The position numbers were made by a program, and so were the translations under genes. From positions 1,219-65,218 of IMG/VR virus record IMGVR_UViG_3300006099_000008: DNA of 64,000 nucleotides. The stretch is one strand, 5' to 3'. Of the stretch, positions 46,801 through 56,033 are shown piece after piece (position 1 is the first letter of the stretch; every line of letters begins with the position of its first letter). Below the pieces are notes generated by a model. It did not search any database. It had not been told where the DNA came from and saw nothing but the letters and a program-made list of their open reading frames with translations. This stretch comes from a virus. Its lineage: Duplodnaviria; Caudoviricetes.

Positions 46801-47836
46801 CAGCAGTATTGTTGCTGAGAATTTGTTCGGAGATGAATACACGCAAAGATTCAAAGAAATTCTTGATGCACGTATTGCCATTAAACATAAGGATTTTGAT
46901 AAGGCGCGAAGTATGCTTGGCGGAGCCTTGGCAAAATATTTGACAGATGAGGAGGCGGCCGCTGATTTGGCGCAGGCTTTGAAAATTGCCATTAATTCGG
47001 TTTACGGTTTGACGTCAGCTAATTTCGAAAATCCATTTCGTGACAATCGCAACAAAGACAATATTGTCGCAAAACGTGGGGCGCTTTTTATGATAAATCT
47101 CAGGCATGAAGTTCAAAGCCGAGGCTTTACTGTTGCCCACATTAAAACCGACTCGATTAAAATTCCAAATGCTACACCGGAGATTATCCAGTTTGTTATG
47201 GATTACGGAAAAGAGTACGGCTACACATTTGAACATGAAGCTACGTATGACAGAATGTGCCTTGTCAACGATGCCGTTTACATTGCCAAGTATAAAGACG
47301 GTAAACATGCCGGCGAATGGACAGCAACGGGAACTCAGTTTCAGGTTCCTTATGTATTCAAGAAATTATTTAGTGGTGAAGAAATTATATTTGAGGATAT
47401 GTGCGAAACCAAATCAGTCAGCAGCGCTTTGTATCTTGACATGAACGAGGGTCTTCCTGATGTATCGGAATATGAAAAGGAATTGACGAAAGCCGAGAAC
47501 GACTACAAAAAAGGTCTGTTGTCTGATATATCTTTTGAACAAATATGTTCTAATGTATCAAAGGAGATTGAAAAAGGTCACAGCTATCGCTTTATCGGAA
47601 AAGTCGGTCGGTTTTGTCCGATCAAAGAAGGCTGCGGCGGGGGTTTACTTATGCGCGAGAAAGACGGAAAGTATTATGCCGCAACCGGTTCAAAGGGATA
47701 TAGATGGCGAGAGGCTGAAATGGTTAGGGAGTTAGGAAAGGAAAGTGATATAGACAGATCATATTACAACAAACTTGTTGATGAAGCCGTCGAAACTATA
47801 TCGCAGTATGGAGACTTTGAATGGTTTGTTTCGTAA
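43880..47836 (+). CDS. fused SF3 helicase - AEP primase - 3'-5' exonuclease - family B DNA polymerase
   Basis: GAAGTGKST Walker A; IDFD and SKSGNGIHLHY primase motifs; FYDVE, GFN..YD and YCDNDV exonuclease motifs; DIASMHPS, KIAINSVYG and HIKTDS polymerase motifs. Confidence 0.85.
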   Translation: MIDFLMIATRSTKRGIIEVYPKFIIKKSSDLMIRGGDFYAIWIEERGLWSTDEQDALQIIDSELDKYAEENRLSFSSDIRVLHMWDAESGMIDSWHKYCQKQLRDSFHALDDKLIFSNMKTNKKDYASKRLNYPLEAGDLSAYDKLMSTLYSEEERHKIEWAIGSIVSGDSKKLQKFMVFYGAAGTGKSTVINIIQQLFDGYYSVFDAKNLGSSNNSFALEAFRGNPLVAIQHDGDLSRIEDNTRLNSLVSHELMTVNEKFKSTYSNRFKCFLFMGTNKPVKITDAKSGLIRRLIDVTPSGNKLNPKEYKATVKQISFELGAIAYHCREVYLNDPGKYDNYIPIAMLGASNDFYNFVMDSYHVFKKEDGTSLEAAWKMYNAYCEEAKVKVPFQKRIFKEELKNYFSDCQRRISLNDGSRVRSYYTGFRFDKFGENIIGETEGKEESGVQWLQFSSTDSLFDLKCGSCAAQYATAKETPLKKWSDVKTKLAELDTSKVHYVRVPENHIVIDFDVTDENGNKSLEKNIEEANKWPETYAELSKSGNGIHLHYIYTGDVSKLSRVYDDSIEVKIFTGNSSLRRKLSKCNNLPIATISSGLPLKGENKMVNFEAIKSEKGLRTLIKRNLNKEIHPATKPSVDFIYKILEDAYSSGLNYDVTDMRNAVLAFAANSTHQADYCIKLVNKMQFKSPDISAAKKNDDAKLVFYDVEVFPNLFLVNWKIEGEGKPVVRMINPSPNEIEDIMRFRLVGFNCRRYDNHILYARMIGYTNEQLYNLSQKIINGSANCFFGEAYNVSYTDVYDFSSKKQSLKKFEIELGIHHQELGLPWDQPVPEEMWTKVAEYCDNDVIATEAVFSNRKADFTARQILADVAGMTVNDTTNTLTTRIIFGGNKKPQSQFNYRDMGDISLKHHTGNNLYDPEFTIFTEENKPIFPGYVFENGKSIYRGEEVGEGGYVYSEPGMYSNIALLDIASMHPSSIVAENLFGDEYTQRFKEILDARIAIKHKDFDKARSMLGGALAKYLTDEEAAADLAQALKIAINSVYGLTSANFENPFRDNRNKDNIVAKRGALFMINLRHEVQSRGFTVAHIKTDSIKIPNATPEIIQFVMDYGKEYGYTFEHEATYDRMCLVNDAVYIAKYKDGKHAGEWTATGTQFQVPYVFKKLFSGEEIIFEDMCETKSVSSALYLDMNEGLPDVSEYEKELTKAENDYKKGLLSDISFEQICSNVSKEIEKGHSYRFIGKVGRFCPIKEGCGGGLLMREKDGKYYAATGSKGYRWREAEMVRELGKESDIDRSYYNKLVDEAVETISQYGDFEWFVS

Positions 47837-47889
47837 AATTTAACCCAACAAGGTCTCTTTATTTATTTTATTAGAAGGGAGAATTTACC

Positions 47890-48372
47890 ATGCCTTACAA
47901 CAATATTAATAACATTATCATCGAAAACGCTCATATAATTTTTAGGAATTTCAGAGGCGAAGAATCTAAGTACAACAGAGCTGGCAGCCGGAATTTTTGC
48001 GTGATTATTGAAGACAGCGAGGAAGCTCAAAGGCTGGCCGAAGACGGCTGGAATATAAGAATACTGGCGCCGAGAGACGAAAACGATGAACCTAGACATT
48101 ATATTCAGGTTGCCGTAAGCTTTTCGAATATTCCGCCGAAAGTTTATATGATAACAAGAAAGGTTAAAACCGCTCTTGACGAAGAGTCAATTGGAACGCT
48201 GGATTTTGCGGAGATTAGAAACGTCGATTTAACAATACGCCCATATAATTGGGAAGTAAACGGAAAAACCGGGGTTAAGGCTTATTTGAAAACAATGTAC
48301 GTTACCATCGAAGAAGATGAATTTGCGGCTAAGTATGCCGAACAGGAAGGCCCTGAAGAGATTCCGTTTTAA
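47890..48372 (+). CDS. ssb: single-stranded DNA-binding protein
   Basis: FRNFRG..YN..G.RNF OB-fold pattern with acidic tail ending EEIPF. Confidence 0.75.
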   Translation: MPYNNINNIIIENAHIIFRNFRGEESKYNRAGSRNFCVIIEDSEEAQRLAEDGWNIRILAPRDENDEPRHYIQVAVSFSNIPPKVYMITRKVKTALDEESIGTLDFAEIRNVDLTIRPYNWEVNGKTGVKAYLKTMYVTIEEDEFAAKYAEQEGPEEIPF

Positions 48373-48447
48373 GAAGGACAAGGCAGAAAGCTCTGATTAT
48401 TATTCATGATAATTGGAGCTTTTTTTTATTTAGAAAAGGAGAAAATT

Positions 48448-49173
48448 ATGAAAAAAGATTGTCAAAAAGAATTTATGAAAATTTTTAATCAGCTTGCTTA
48501 TAAGTATAACCGATACGATGTTTGGAGAGATTTTGTTACAACTTTTGCCTGTTCTATCTCAAATTCTTTAGATAAATGTCACTATGAAGAAAGAGAGAAA
48601 CGTTACTTAAAAATTATCGGAAAGTATGAAAAAACAGAGCAAAATATATTTCCGGAACTTGCTGCTCGAACTGTCATAGCCTTGGAAGAAAATCAAGATC
48701 AGGATTTTTTGGGTGATATTTTTATGATGCTTAACCTTGGGAACAATGTGACTGGACAATTTTTTACGCCATATCATATTTGCAGGCTTATGGCTATGAC
48801 TACATTGGGTAATATTTGTAAACAAATTAGAGAAAAAGGTTTTGTAACTATAAATGATCCTTGCTGCGGTGCCGGAGCAATTTTAATAGCGGCAATTAAT
48901 GAAGCGCGAAAACAACTGAAAAAAGAAAATCTCAACTTTCAGAATAGCATATTTTTGGCGGCTCAGGATATAGATGAAACCGTAGTTCTTATGTGTTATA
49001 TTCAGCTATCTCTCCTGGGCATAGCTTGATTTGTAAAGGTTGGAAGTTCGCTATTTGATCCGATTATACAGAACGATAAATTAGATAATTATTGGTTTAC
49101 GCCTATGTATTTTTCTGATATTTGGGTTATGAGAAGAATTTTTGACGAGGTGACGTCTATTGGCCGGAATTGA
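48448..49173 (+). pseudogene. N6-methyltransferase-like gene interrupted by an in-frame TGA at 49027
   Basis: GQFFTPYHI, DPCCGAG, AQDID motifs; the same frame continues FVKVGSSL..WFTPMYF to TGA 49171-49173. Confidence 0.6.
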
Positions 49174-50392
49174 ACTATATGATTACCAATTAGAAGCTGT
49201 GAAAAAAATGAAAAGCGGCTGTATACTTTGCGGAGGAGTGGGAAGTGGAAAATCACGAACGGCGTTAGCGTATTATTATATTTGCGAAGGAGGAAGCCTG
49301 GGAACGGAAAATTACACGACAATGAATGATCCGCCAAAAGATTTATACATAATTACAACAGCGAGAAAACGTGATACTTTGGAGTGGGAGGGAGAACTTT
49401 CGCCCTTCCTTCTTTCTACGAACAAAGAAGTTAATTTATATTTTAATAACGTGGTTGTTGACTCATGGAACAACATTGGAAAATATACGGATATTAAAAA
49501 GGCATTCTTTATATTCGATGAACAGCGGGTTATTGGCTCTGGAGCCTGGGTAAAGTCTTTCCTTAAAATATGTAAATCTAACCATTGGATTTTACTTTCG
49601 GCTACTCCGGGAGACACTTGGCAGGATTATATTCCTGTGTTTCTGGCAAATGGCTTTTATAAGAATAGAAGCGAATTTACAAGGGAACATATCGTTTACA
49701 GCCGCTTCAGCAAATTTCCTAAAGTCGAAAGATATTTGAACACCGGGCGTTTAATACGTTTGCGAAATTCTATTTTAGTTGATATGGACTTTAACCGGAA
49801 AACAATATCCCACCATGAAGATATTTTTGTAGGATATGACACTGATAAATATAAAAAAATCACTAAAAACCGTTGGGATATTTGGAAAGATTGTCCGATT
49901 ACTAACGCCGGAGAACTCTGCTATGCGCTGCGCAAGGCGGTTAATTCAGACGAATCAAGATTAGTGGCTGCTATGGAGATTTTTGAAAAGCGTCACAAAA
50001 TTATTATATTCTATAATTTCGATTACGAATTAGAGTTGCTTAAAAGCGCCTGCTGGCCATTTGACGGCATTAATATTGTAGAAGTTGCCGAATGGAATGG
50101 TCACAAACATCAGCCGGTACCTGATGGGAACTGCTGGATATATTTAGTTCAATACAACGCCGGCGCCGAAGGGTGGAACTGTGTTAAGACTGATACAATT
50201 ATATTTTACTCACAGAACTACAGCTATAAAATTATGGCGCAAGCTTCCGGAAGAATAGACAGGCTTAATACGCCGTATACAGATTTATATTATTATCATT
50301 TAAAAAGCAGAGCCGGTATCGATCTTGCTATTGGAAAAGCGTTGTCTGCTAAAAAGAATTTTAATGAGGGGAGGTTTGTGAGATGGGATTGA
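49160..50392 (+). CDS. SF2 (SNF2-like) helicase
   Basis: GSGKS, FDEQ, LSATP, AGAEGWN, QASGRIDR motifs. Confidence 0.85.
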   Translation: MAGIELYDYQLEAVKKMKSGCILCGGVGSGKSRTALAYYYICEGGSLGTENYTTMNDPPKDLYIITTARKRDTLEWEGELSPFLLSTNKEVNLYFNNVVVDSWNNIGKYTDIKKAFFIFDEQRVIGSGAWVKSFLKICKSNHWILLSATPGDTWQDYIPVFLANGFYKNRSEFTREHIVYSRFSKFPKVERYLNTGRLIRLRNSILVDMDFNRKTISHHEDIFVGYDTDKYKKITKNRWDIWKDCPITNAGELCYALRKAVNSDESRLVAAMEIFEKRHKIIIFYNFDYELELLKSACWPFDGINIVEVAEWNGHKHQPVPDGNCWIYLVQYNAGAEGWNCVKTDTIIFYSQNYSYKIMAQASGRIDRLNTPYTDLYYYHLKSRAGIDLAIGKALSAKKNFNEGRFVRWD

Positions 50393-50429
50393 TTTTTGGC
50401 TCCTTATTTTCATCTTCAAAAGACTTTTA

Positions 50430-50456
50430 CGCAAAAAACACATAGACTTTTATGAG
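50430..50456 (+). promoter_or_regulatory. phage-specific motif copy 11
   Basis: cgcaaaaaac acatagactt ttatgag. Confidence 0.75.
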
Positions 50457-50492
50457 GAATGTAATAAAGTGTTTTAAAGAAGGAGGAATAAT

Positions 50493-50744
50493 ATGATTGA
50501 TTTAAAACTATTATCGGAAGTGCCAGACGACCAGTTAGAGGTTATTGAAAAAAGCATAGCAGCATGGATAAGAGCAGGCAAACCAAAAATATTGGGATTA
50601 ACGGTAGAAGCGAATACCAATGAGACAATCGCAGTATTTGCCTTAATTGCTGTTGCTTCAGTAGCATGGGGATTTGCAACTGGTTATATTTCTGATAGAT
50701 TTGTAGAACGTCATAGAAGGATCAAAAGAAATACAAAAGCATGA
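50493..50744 (+). CDS. small TM protein (cassette)
   Basis: Motif at 50430, AAGGAGG RBS, hairpin after the stop. Confidence 0.6.
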   Translation: MIDLKLLSEVPDDQLEVIEKSIAAWIRAGKPKILGLTVEANTNETIAVFALIAVASVAWGFATGYISDRFVERHRRIKRNTKA

Positions 50745-50864
50745 GACCAAGAATTGAGCCAGGTAATGGCTCTTTTCTTTTTTTATATGTAGATTAATGA
50801 AAGATGTTTCAGGAGGTGAACTAAAATAGAAATAAATAGCAAAGATATTATAAAAAGAGCAAAT

Positions 50865-51350
50865 ATGATAAAGAAATTTTATTTAGATATAGATAATCCA
50901 AAGGGAGGATTATATCATTATGGCGTTAAAGGTATGAAGTGGGGTGTTAGGAGGACGCCAGAACAGTTGGGGCATTTAAAATGTACAGTTGATAAATCAA
51001 AAGAACATAGTATAATGTCAAATGAGACCGTGTTAAGCAAGAAAGGCTTTATGATAAATGGCAGTAAAATTGTTGATTTTTTATTGAAACCAAAGGCTAA
51101 GCATTCACATGAATTTTTTAATGTTGGCTATACACCACAAGACAGCAGGAGGCTTTTTGAAGACATAGAGAAAGGCTATGATTTATCAAAGGCCACCGAT
51201 GTTGTCAAAATAAACGATATAGAAAAGTTTAGCATTTTTATGAATTTGGGAATAACTTCAAAAAGGCCTTTTAGAACAGTATGGCAAATTGATGGGCAAA
51301 ATTCAAAACCAAGATTAATCACAGCTCATAGGGAGGATAAAAATGTTTAA
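50865..51350 (+). CDS. LYH-YGVKGMKWG leader plus DUF6883-like toxin domain
   Basis: Leader, then KIVDFLL...KHSHEFF.VGY and FRTVWQID...PRLITAH. Confidence 0.7.
   Translation: MIKKFYLDIDNPKGGLYHYGVKGMKWGVRRTPEQLGHLKCTVDKSKEHSIMSNETVLSKKGFMINGSKIVDFLLKPKAKHSHEFFNVGYTPQDSRRLFEDIEKGYDLSKATDVVKINDIEKFSIFMNLGITSKRPFRTVWQIDGQNSKPRLITAHREDKNV
50989..51016 (+). promoter_or_regulatory. sigmaA-like promoter embedded in the toxin linker
   Basis: TTGATA-16-TATAAT. Confidence 0.55.
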
Positions 51351-51540
51351 ATTATACGATAAAGTTAAAATAAAGAAAAATGGAATAACTGGCGTAATTG
51401 TAGATATATATAAAGGGAAAAAAGGGATCATGTATACAATAGAAAGTGATACTAAAAGCTCAGACTATTCAGAAGGTGATTATAAATCGCTATGGCCACT
51501 ATATGATTGTATTTCTGATGATCTTGAATGTTTGAAATAA
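51343..51540 (+). CDS. DUF4926-like probable cognate immunity protein
   Basis: Overlaps the toxin stop; FKLYDKVKIKKNGITGVIVDI. Confidence 0.6.
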   Translation: MFKLYDKVKIKKNGITGVIVDIYKGKKGIMYTIESDTKSSDYSEGDYKSLWPLYDCISDDLECLK

Positions 51541-51605
51541 AAAATAACAAAGATAAAATACTTTAATCGCTACACTTTGTGATATGAGGAGAATGAAGAT
51601 ATATT

Positions 51606-51923
51606 ATGATGGAATTGAATTTTGATTACTTTTTTCGCCAATTAAAAGCAGGGCTAAATATAGATGAAACCCGCTTCTACTTCAGAGATGATCCTGAAGA
51701 AGAGGAGCATTATTTAGGGTATTGCAGAGGCTATCCTAAACCATATTGGATTGGATATTGTGATATAAAAGACGGAGCTGATTTTTGGACAGCGGAAGAG
51801 TTGGTAAATGCTCCAATTTTTAATGGAAAAAGTCTAAAAGACAAATGGGAATATGTATGTATATGTGGCATTGAAGGCTTGCCTTTGGACGATTGGTTTG
51901 AATGTATGAATCATGTAGATTAA
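51606..51923 (+). CDS. orphan immunity-like protein
   Basis: Ends ..PIFNGKSLKDKW, echoing the F.GKSL of 7441 and 33697. Confidence 0.5.
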   Translation: MMELNFDYFFRQLKAGLNIDETRFYFRDDPEEEEHYLGYCRGYPKPYWIGYCDIKDGADFWTAEELVNAPIFNGKSLKDKWEYVCICGIEGLPLDDWFECMNHVD

Positions 51924-52014
51924 GGCAATTCTAAATCACGTTAGCAAAAGAGGGATTAAGATGCGTATATGTTTTAATCGCTCTTTTTCTATATAGTTGC
52001 TGCCGTTGATGGAA

Positions 52015-52257
52015 CTAAGCAGGAACAGCTTTATTAGTGCAGATTGGATTATGGGTTTTCAACGAAACTTTGCCACACTTCAGCTCTGTATCGACGCTGT
52101 ATTTTGCATTTGTTGTAATTGTTACACAGTAGCATAATCCGATAACAACAATTACAGTGATGGGGATCAATGAATTGCTATTACCGAGAATATTGCTTTG
52201 AGTAACCTTTGCGGCTAAATTATTATTCATAAATAAATACCTCCTTAGTGAAATCAC
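52015..52257 (-). CDS. small TM moron protein
   Basis: AAGGAGG RBS on the minus strand (probable ATG 52230); hydrophobic core. Confidence 0.5.
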   Translation of the reverse strand: MISLRRYLFMNNNLAAKVTQSNILGNSNSLIPITVIVVIGLCYCVTITTNAKYSVDTELKCGKVSLKTHNPICTNKAVPA

Positions 52258-52452
52258 AGTGCAACATACTAATAAGAGGGGATTAAAATTGATGAAACTA
52301 GGAAGAGCCCCCTACTCTTCTTGCGGTTTATATCAGTTTTAACCTCTCTTTTCTTATATATACTTATATACTTAATAACATTATATAGCATTAAGTATAT
52401 ATAATCAATCAGTATATAGAAATTTGGTTGTTTTGAAAGGAGAAAATTAACG

Positions 52453-52848
52453 ATGAAAGAAAAAATGAAAAATGAAGCTATAGCAAGAATGGAATTTTTA
52501 AACATTCATTCAAGTGCTATAAAGGAATTTGCCGACGAAGATAAACTTAATCTATCCGTCGGTATATTTTTATATCATTTAAACGATGCACAGTTAAGAA
52601 GAGTTCACGAATTTGAAACGGAAACAGACTGTATGGTATATCATGTTATATTAAGCAATACCGCGATTGGACATATGCTGACGTTTCTATATGTTTCTCT
52701 ATATATGGAAGAATGGGAACAGGACCAGAAAGATCTTGAAGAGAAGACGCCGATTGCTTATGTAGCTAATATTGACGATGAGGTTTTATCAGAATTTGGC
52801 GTTGTTGGGATAGAAACATGTTCTGGCGCGGTTATCAGAACGGCTTGA
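52453..52848 (+). CDS. hypothetical protein
   Basis: GAAAGGAG RBS; ORF track. Confidence 0.6.
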   Translation: MKEKMKNEAIARMEFLNIHSSAIKEFADEDKLNLSVGIFLYHLNDAQLRRVHEFETETDCMVYHVILSNTAIGHMLTFLYVSLYMEEWEQDQKDLEEKTPIAYVANIDDEVLSEFGVVGIETCSGAVIRTA

Positions 52849-52866
52849 TATGAAAGGAGATATAGT

Positions 52867-53412
52867 ATGACATTAGTAAATATTGATTCTGTTATCGGAG
52901 CGATAGGTCTTGCCGCAGGAATATTTAGCATTGGCTATGCTATTGGTCAGCACAAAAAACTGAATGATATTAGCAACAAAATTGGAAAATCTATTGAGGA
53001 AATATCAGCTGATATTAATATTGATTTGTCTGATGTAATTGTAAAAAAAGCGGTTGATAAGGCAGTCGAAGAAGAAACTGTATCTGCGGTAAGACATGCT
53101 ACAAAAAAAGCAGTTGAAGATATAGAACTGGATATAAGCAGGCAGATTAAAGAGGCTGTTTCCTCTGCATATTCAGATATAGAAAAAGCCGTTGCCAGTG
53201 AAACAGCTAAAAAGGTTTCGCAAATAAATATACAAAGCTTAAAAAATGAGGTGGTTAAACAGGCCAAAAAAGATGCGGCTAAAAAGCTTGACGATAGTTT
53301 AGATGATATTTTGGAGAAATTTAACAATGATCTAAACCAGGTTTCTTATATTTATAAGTCAATAATAAATACTTTTCCCAAAGAAAAGGAAATAAAATTT
53401 AGTCTTATGTAA
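52867..53412 (+). CDS. TM-anchored coiled-coil protein
   Basis: N-terminal TM followed by heptad-rich helices. Confidence 0.6.
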   Translation: MTLVNIDSVIGAIGLAAGIFSIGYAIGQHKKLNDISNKIGKSIEEISADINIDLSDVIVKKAVDKAVEEETVSAVRHATKKAVEDIELDISRQIKEAVSSAYSDIEKAVASETAKKVSQINIQSLKNEVVKQAKKDAAKKLDDSLDDILEKFNNDLNQVSYIYKSIINTFPKEKEIKFSLM

Positions 53413-53428
53413 AGGAAAGGAGAAAAAT

Positions 53429-53650
53429 ATGATTAAAGACATATTAAAAGAATTGATTCAAATTAGAAAAGAACTCCAAGATATTAAACTTATCCTGAAG
53501 TTCAAATGTTTATACAATTACGAAATAGAAAGAAAAAAAGTTAATGGAGAAACTATTAGAATTCGCCATATTCGGCCAGATCCTTTAGAAGAACTTCGTA
53601 AAGAAGAACGTACTCTTCAACAATGTCGGAGGAACGGATATCGTTCATAA
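53429..53650 (+). CDS. hypothetical protein
   Basis: RBS; ORF track. Confidence 0.5.
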   Translation: MIKDILKELIQIRKELQDIKLILKFKCLYNYEIERKKVNGETIRIRHIRPDPLEELRKEERTLQQCRRNGYRS

Positions 53651-53719
53651 AAAATAACACCCCCTCAATTTATAAAATAATTATATCATAAACTATATGA
53701 AAACTGAAAGGAGAAAAAT

Positions 53720-54352
53720 ATGATTAAAATTGAAAAAACAAAAGTCGTTGGTTTTGAAGAGGCTATTCGCGGAATGAGAAATCCAATGAACAGCTGGGAA
53801 AGAAGCGACAGCAGTTTTTATGTTTCAAATAAAGAATTTTTTGTAACAGGACCAAATGATTATGACCTTATGATGAAGCTTGCTGAAGGCGGAGCGGTTC
53901 ACGCTAAGTACAGACGAATGATTGCGGTTTATGTTGATATTACGGCTCCTCTATATTGGTGGAAGGAATTTGATACATACAAAGTTGGAACGGTGGCAAA
54001 CTCCTGTTCAACCATGCACAAAATTCATGCTAAAGAATTTGAAATTGAGGATTTTTCAACAGAGCATTTAAACGAGTGTAACAAAGAGTTTTTCAAAACG
54101 TTGGTCTGTCTTTTGAATACTTACAGAAATAAATATATTGAATATCATGACAAAACTTATTGGTGGCAAATGATCCAGCTTCTTCCTTCTTCCTACAACC
54201 AGAAACGAACGGTCATGCTTAATTATGAAGTTTTGGTTAATATATACAAAAGCCGTTTAAATCATAAACTTGACGAGTGGCACGAGTTTTGTAAATGGAT
54301 TCAAGGACTGCCTTATTCTGAGGTTATCACTTGCGATAAGAAATATGAATAA
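53720..54352 (+). CDS. divergent ThyX-like protein
   Basis: AIRGMRNPMNSW, H.KY.R, APLYWWKEFDTY, QLLPSSY; the canonical RHRxxSxxxxSxR motif is not present. Confidence 0.5.
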   Translation: MIKIEKTKVVGFEEAIRGMRNPMNSWERSDSSFYVSNKEFFVTGPNDYDLMMKLAEGGAVHAKYRRMIAVYVDITAPLYWWKEFDTYKVGTVANSCSTMHKIHAKEFEIEDFSTEHLNECNKEFFKTLVCLLNTYRNKYIEYHDKTYWWQMIQLLPSSYNQKRTVMLNYEVLVNIYKSRLNHKLDEWHEFCKWIQGLPYSEVITCDKKYE

Positions 54353-54441
54353 AACAAAAATCATGTGGAAACTATGTTGAAAACATGTTAAAATTTTAAA
54401 TAAGAGCTGTTAAATATGTGCCCATTTTTGGAGGTGATTAA

Positions 54442-54807
54442 GTGGCAATTGAAACGCTAACGGCATATCAGTCAAAAATAGATGTTATACTTAAAAGATA
54501 TGTTGAGGACATTAAGCGGATATATGGAGGCTGCTTAAAGTCTGTGATTCTTTATGGTTCTTATGCTAGAGGCGATTTTAGGGAAGATTCAGATATTGAT
54601 ATTATGATTTTGATAGATATGACTGATATTGAAATTAAAGAATTTCGCCATAGGCTTTCAGAAGTTACCTATGATTTTAATGAAAATTTTGATGTTGATA
54701 TTAAACCAATAGCAAAGAGTAGTAATCATTTTTTTAAATGGCTGTCGGTCTATCCTTTTTATGCAACCGTTAAAAGGGAGGGAGTTGTTCTATATGGAAC
54801 GGCATGA
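54442..54807 (+). CDS. MNT nucleotidyltransferase antitoxin
   Basis: LYGSYARGD..EDSDIDI motif. Confidence 0.85.
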   Translation: MAIETLTAYQSKIDVILKRYVEDIKRIYGGCLKSVILYGSYARGDFREDSDIDIMILIDMTDIEIKEFRHRLSEVTYDFNENFDVDIKPIAKSSNHFFKWLSVYPFYATVKREGVVLYGTA

Positions 54808-55219
54808 TGAAGGAAGCATTAAAGACTTGGTATGCCATCGTATAAAAACCGCCAAGAATGATCTAAGAGTAGCTTGTATGCTTTTTAAAGAAAGTGAATA
54901 TCGGACAGCAAATAATAGGGCTTATTATGCGATTTTTCATGCTATATCAGCTATTCATGCTCTTGATGGAAAAGCATATAAACGACATAAAGACACGCTT
55001 GCAAATTTTAATAAAGATTATATACGGACAGAGATTTTCCCAAAAGTTTTCGGACGAAAAATTATGGAAGCAGAGGAAATAAGACACGCAAGCGATTATG
55101 ACGATTTTTATATTGCAACAAAGTCAGAAGCTGAAGAACAGATTGAAACAGCAAGGAAGCTAATTGAGCTTATAGAAGCGTACTGTATAGATAAAATTAA
55201 TGAAATAAATCGGGATTAA
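54794..55219 (+). CDS. HEPN-domain protein
   Basis: ANNRAYYAIFHA..H...R.ASDY; overlaps the MNT gene. Confidence 0.85.
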   Translation: MERHDEGSIKDLVCHRIKTAKNDLRVACMLFKESEYRTANNRAYYAIFHAISAIHALDGKAYKRHKDTLANFNKDYIRTEIFPKVFGRKIMEAEEIRHASDYDDFYIATKSEAEEQIETARKLIELIEAYCIDKINEINRD

Positions 55220-55273
55220 GAGTTGAGATTAAAAATCTGGGCTCTTTTTGAACAGCAACAGCATAATAAAACA

Positions 55274-55300
55274 CGCGAGAAAAACATGCTCTATTATGGA
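55274..55300 (+). promoter_or_regulatory. phage-specific motif copy 12
   Basis: cgcgagaaaa acatgctcta ttatgga. Confidence 0.75.
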
Positions 55301-55316
55301 AAGGAGGTTGAGAATT

Positions 55317-55508
55317 ATGAAAGAACTTAAGGCTAAAAACGCTAAACAGCTGGATATTTGTTTGAGAATGCTGTATGCCGAAAGAGTAATATTTATTGTA
55401 AGAGTTATAGAAAACTCAAATCAAAAAATAGAATACAGAATCAACGTACATGCTGATGAACAAAAATTTGAAATGCTTGAAGAGCGTTACAGAATTCTAA
55501 TTTCATAA
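55317..55508 (+). CDS. small protein A (cassette)
   Basis: Motif at 55274 and AAAGGAGG RBS; paralogue of 56464..56655. Confidence 0.65.
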   Translation: MKELKAKNAKQLDICLRMLYAERVIFIVRVIENSNQKIEYRINVHADEQKFEMLEERYRILIS

Positions 55509-55593
55509 CAAACTATCAAAAGGTAAAAGGGCTTAACAGGTCCTTTTACTCTTTTATCAAATATGCTATAATATTTAAAAAGGAGGGTTTTTC

Positions 55594-55803
55594 GTGAAAA
55601 CAATACACTTTGATGGTTGCGAACCATATAGAAAAAAAGACGGAACATGGGATATAAGACGTTATTCCTATGAAGAAGAATATCCAGACGACCGAATACG
55701 ACATTGCGACATGTGTACGGTATGTGGTTTTCCCGCTTATCCTGAATGCACTAAGACGTGTAATAACGGGGCACTTGATCCTGACAGAAAGGCCGTTAAA
55801 TAA
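55594..55803 (+). CDS. small Cys-rich protein B
   Basis: TTTACT-16-TATAAT promoter; paralogue of 56741..56956. Confidence 0.6.
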   Translation: MKTIHFDGCEPYRKKDGTWDIRRYSYEEEYPDDRIRHCDMCTVCGFPAYPECTKTCNNGALDPDRKAVK

Positions 55804-56033
55804 TGAGAATGGAAATTGTTATTAAAACTACTGAAAGCTGAGATTAAAAATCTTGGCTTTTTATTTTTCTAAGGAGGAAGAAGAAATGAAAGAAAATAAG
55901 AAAAACATAGGAAATGAAAAATTAAAAAAAGCACCGCGTATAAGACTTGAACAAGAAATACAAAAAGAAATTCTTGCCTTTATTAACAAAAAATAATATA
56001 ATTGAGCCAGAACACTCATGAAGAAGGTAAAAA

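Noticed and set aside
49027-49029. Stop-codon reassignment (TGA read as an amino acid)
   Set aside because: Many genes end in TGA with ATGA overlaps, and the long essential genes have no in-frame stops; one isolated case is better explained by mutation or error.
53720-54352. Confident thyX assignment
   Set aside because: The ThyX signature RHRxxSxxxxSxR is not present, so it is kept only as ThyX-like.
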